The notes under the pieces: generated by a model
Database searches by the model: none
What the model saw: the letters and a program-made list of their open reading frames with translations, nothing else
Told to the model about the DNA's origin: nothing
Assembly: GCA_013138765.1 (NCBI GenBank)
Contig: WTCB01000067.1
Span: 1 to 42,074 of the forward strand
Length of the DNA stretch: 42,074 nt
Origin: Candidatus Nanohaloarchaea archaeon
Lineage (GTDB): Archaea > EX4484-52 > GLR71
Direction of reading: 5' to 3'
Part shown: positions 40,371 through 42,074 of the stretch, piece after piece
Layout: the number at the start of each line of letters is the position of its first letter
How positions within the stretch are numbered: position 1 is the stretch's first letter
Translations under genes and position numbers: made by a program

Positions 40371-42074
40371 ATGGCATTAAAAGATAATCCAGTCATTTAC
40401 TTGACATATACCATGTGGAAATATTCAAAAGGCAACAGAAAAAATGTCATCTTATATTTTCTGATGTTTGTGATGGCAAACATAGTCAATCTGCTTGAAC
40501 CATTGGTCATTGCAAAGATATTGAACACTATACAGATTCAAGGGGTGGGTGCAGCAAATCTTAACACTATTCTATTTTATATATTTCTTTTTGTAGTCAT
40601 CTCTATTATGTTTTGGCTGTTCCATGGTCCTGCAAGAGTATTGGCATTCAACAACGCATTCCTTGTCCGCGCAAACTACAAAAAATACTTGCTTGACGGC
40701 ACAATGTCACTTTCTGCTCAATGGCACACTGATCATCATTCCGGCGATACTATAGACAAAATAGAAAAAGGCACAAATGCCCTGTACAGATATTCATCAT
40801 ATATATATGAAGTCATTGAGACAATAATACGGTTCATCGGTTCATATATTGCTCTTGTATACTTCAATCCCCATTCAAGCTACATTGTGCTTTTCATGAT
40901 CATAATCACTTTAGAAATAATCATCAGATTTGACAGAAAACTTATAAGACAATACATAAAGCTTAACAATGCAGATAACAGAATATCAGCAAAGATATAT
41001 GATACCATAAGCAACATAACTACAGTCATCATATTGAGGACTGAAAACCTTATATCAAGATCAGTATTCAAGAATATCATGGAACCGTTCAGGCTTTTTG
41101 TAAAAAATCATAGATTGAATGAGATCAAATGGTTCCTCGTATCAACATGTACATCCCTTATGAAGTTTCTTGTGCTTGCGACATACATATTCTTTAGCGT
41201 AAAATCAGGTTCAACTGTACTTGTAGGCAGTATCTATGCACTTTACGGTTATGTGAATAAGATAAACCAGCTGTTTTTTAGGTTTGCTTACAGGTATGGT
41301 GAGATTGTGCGCGAGAGGACCGCTGTCATGAATGCTGAAGAGATATCAGATGAATTTGAAAAGATAAAGGTGCATGAGATTAAACTAATCAAAAAAGATT
41401 GGAAAGAATTAAAGGTAGAAAACTTAAAATTTTCATACCACACTGAAGAGGGCTGTGACTTGCATCTTGATAATGTATCGTTATCAATTGAAAATGGTAA
41501 AAGGATTGCTGTGATTGGTAAAAGCGGTAGTGGTAAGACAACGTTACTTAAGATAATACGACAATTATACAAGCCTACACATGTAGACTTATCTGTTGAC
41601 AAAAGACACCTTGAAAACGGTTTTCAAGACATAAGCTCATCGATCGCCCTCATCCCACAGGATCCTGAAATATTCTCGACAACAATAAAAGAAAACATCA
41701 CAATGGGTGTGGGTCACAGCAAAGATGAAATCAAAAAGTATACCGACATGGCATGTTTTACGGATGTCATTGTGCGTCTGCCAAAAAAACTCGAATCATC
41801 AATTGTCGAGAAAGGCGTAAACCTGAGCGGTGGCGAGAAACAGCGCCTGGCTCTTGCGCGTGGGCTTATGGCCTGTAAAGACAAGTCAATCATATTGCTT
41901 GACGAGCCGACAAGCAGTGTTGACTCAAAGAACGAGATTGACATATACAGGAATATTTTTTATGAGTTTGGTGACAGGACAATCATATCATCAATCCACA
42001 GGCTTCATCTTCTGCCCATGTTTGACATGATATACTTTTTCGATGACGGTAAAGTCATTGCGGAAGGTTCATTT
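40371..42074 (+). CDS. ABC exporter with fused permease and ATPase (MsbA / type IV exporter architecture), 3'-truncated by the window edge
   Basis: It is not in the ORF track because no stop is reached. I translated 568 codons from ATG 40371 with no stop. The ~300-aa N-terminal half is multi-TM. It is followed by Walker A GKSGSGKTT (41517-41543), the ABC signature LSGGEKQR (41823-41846), Walker B IILLDEP (41889-41909) and an H-loop (SSIHRL). Confidence 0.9.
   Translation, partial: MALKDNPVIYLTYTMWKYSKGNRKNVILYFLMFVMANIVNLLEPLVIAKILNTIQIQGVGAANLNTILFYIFLFVVISIMFWLFHGPARVLAFNNAFLVRANYKKYLLDGTMSLSAQWHTDHHSGDTIDKIEKGTNALYRYSSYIYEVIETIIRFIGSYIALVYFNPHSSYIVLFMIIITLEIIIRFDRKLIRQYIKLNNADNRISAKIYDTISNITTVIILRTENLISRSVFKNIMEPFRLFVKNHRLNEIKWFLVSTCTSLMKFLVLATYIFFSVKSGSTVLVGSIYALYGYVNKINQLFFRFAYRYGEIVRERTAVMNAEEISDEFEKIKVHEIKLIKKDWKELKVENLKFSYHTEEGCDLHLDNVSLSIENGKRIAVIGKSGSGKTTLLKIIRQLYKPTHVDLSVDKRHLENGFQDISSSIALIPQDPEIFSTTIKENITMGVGHSKDEIKKYTDMACFTDVIVRLPKKLESSIVEKGVNLSGGEKQRLALARGLMACKDKSIILLDEPTSSVDSKNEIDIYRNIFYEFGDRTIISSIHRLHLLPMFDMIYFFDDGKVIAEGSF

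Noticed and set aside
40880-42030. Four short ORFs overlapping the last 1.2 kb: 40880-41080(-), 41288-41602(-), 41714-41944(-) and 41830-42030(+)
   Set aside because: They lie inside the open-ended ABC exporter frame, which carries canonical Walker A, signature and Walker B motifs.
1-42074. Non-standard genetic code, tRNA or rRNA genes, and mobile-element genes
   Set aside because: TAA, TAG and TGA all terminate well-supported genes in this window. The intergenic spaces (115 nt at most) are too short for tRNA or rRNA genes and showed no cloverleaf-like stems. No transposase, integrase or terminal inverted repeats were seen.

Overview
AT-rich (by eye about one-third G+C), almost entirely coding window. 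Eleven of its twelve genes lie on the + strand and are tightly packed or overlapping. More than half the window (nt 3-22139) is a single ORF whose frame is still open at the left window edge, so at least 7,378 codons are visible and the true start lies upstream. It encodes about 15 tandem ~330-aa three-subdomain modules, then other beta-sandwich cassettes, a Cys motif, a Gly-rich linker, one TM helix, and a C-terminal cytoplasmic FtsK/HerA-superfamily P-loop ATPase domain. Downstream on the same strand are: a 663-aa coiled-coil, apparently cytoplasmic protein; a 1,972-aa second surface protein (DUF2341-like N-terminus, cassettes paralogous to the giant protein, C-terminal TM plus cytoplasmic tail); seven smaller signal-peptide or TM-anchored beta-sandwich proteins; and a 3'-truncated MsbA-type ABC exporter that the ORF track misses because it runs off the window. 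One small 2-TM gene carrying an HExxH motif sits on the - strand. I saw no rRNA, tRNA, CRISPR, transposase or integrase. Three features suggest an archaeal, possibly DPANN-like origin: TTTAAATA-type TATA boxes, GGAGG/AAGGTG ribosome-binding sites inside the operon, and extreme N-x-S/T density confined to predicted ectodomains. This origin is an inference and the lineage cannot be determined from the sequence. The main candidate novelty is the in-frame fusion of a giant glycoprotein ectodomain to a ring-translocase-type ATPase, embedded in a conserved-looking cluster of surface proteins. All domain calls come from motif recognition by eye; no HMM, BLAST or structure search was possible.
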